Virus record (IMG/VR): IMGVR_UViG_2663763286_000020
Location: 1 to 5,281 of that record
Length of the DNA: 5,281 nt
Source of the DNA: a virus
Taxonomy: Duplodnaviria; Heunggongvirae; Uroviricota; Caudoviricetes
Reading direction: 5' to 3' (one strand)
The notes under the pieces were generated by a model. It was not told where the DNA came from. It did not search any database and saw only the letters and a program-made list of their open reading frames with translations. Both the position numbers and the translations under genes were made by a program. Below, in pieces: positions 5,030-5,281 of this stretch. How positions within the stretch are numbered: the stretch's first letter is position 1; the number at the start of each line of letters is the position of its first letter.

Positions 5030-5281
5030 AGTGAGGTTTCTGGCGTTCTTACCAACAGAGTTACTAAAAGTAACTCTGTTCTTAAATTCCTTTAATTTTG
5101 AACCAGTTAAAAGAAAGTAGTGTTTACCTTCTTCAAAGCGATCGGAGTTGCAAGACAAATTTTTACGAATATTGCCTTCATCGGTTCCGTACCCCTTAGC
5201 AAGAGTTTCGGTTGTTACGACACGTACTCCCTGCCATTCCAGAACGGGAATTTCATCAGACTGATTCTGAACAACCACCAT
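4478..5281 (-). CDS. Antirepressor-family protein, right paralog (ORF6N/KilA-N-like N-terminus plus KilAC-like C-terminus), inverted relative to the left copy.
   Basis: 267-aa ORF starting with ATG at 5279-5281 (complement), exactly at the window edge, with stop TGA at 4478-4480 (complement). The C-terminal ~180 residues differ from the left copy at only 2 positions. N-terminal motifs RFEEGKHYFLLTGSKLKEFKN and LWTERGAARHAKMI are typical of this domain family. Confidence 0.85.
   Translation of the reverse strand: MVVVQNQSDEIPVLEWQGVRVVTTETLAKGYGTDEGNIRKNLSCNSDRFEEGKHYFLLTGSKLKEFKNRVTFSNSVGKNARNLTLWTERGAARHAKMIETDQAWAFFEKLEDSYFRQKEQQPVAIPQTLPEALRLAAELAEQKQLLEQKAHQLNQQLVAAAPKVDFADRVSVAKGILIGNFAKVVGLKQNALFAWLRENGILIASGGRKNVPFQQYINAGYFTVKEVVLDDEDGYQIRLTPQLTGKGQQWLTRKLLDAGLLKPVAAE

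Noticed and set aside
1-5281. Possibility that the flanking inverted repeats are an assembly artefact (mirrored or chimeric contig), or an IS or invertase-driven invertible segment like the P1 C-segment.
   Set aside because: The arms are diverged and mosaic rather than identical, which argues against a mirrored artefact. No transposase, no invertase gene, no short terminal inverted repeats or target-site duplications, and only one loxP are visible, so any inversion would have to be homologous rather than site-specific.
1-5281. CRISPR arrays, tRNA/rRNA genes, integrons or toxin-antitoxin pairs.
   Set aside because: No short direct-repeat/spacer periodicity, no tRNA-like cloverleaf candidates noticed, and no recognisable TA gene pair on inspection.

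Overview
This window is the immunity-C / lox-cre region of a P1-family temperate phage or phage-plasmid. On the minus strand it carries the C1 immunity repressor gene (c1, 840-1691) and the small coi gene upstream of it (1802-2011). A perfect 34-bp loxP site sits at 2393-2426. On the plus strand follow a small basic ORF (2616-2837), cre (2845-3876) and a further small ORF (3927-4238). Five matches to the P1 C1 operator consensus, a Dam GATC cluster upstream of cre and three hairpin terminators are visible. The unusual part is the context: the 3.67-kb core (808-4477) is bracketed by two inverted, inward-facing paralogous genes (4-807 plus, 4478-5281 minus) encoding 267-aa antirepressor-like proteins with a mosaic pattern of identity. 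From memory, canonical P1 has c1 next to the pac genes and cre next to cra-ref, so this looks like a rearranged or variant P1-like architecture, possibly invertible by homologous recombination. All protein and site identifications rest on reading the sequence and recall of P1 biology; no database search was run.
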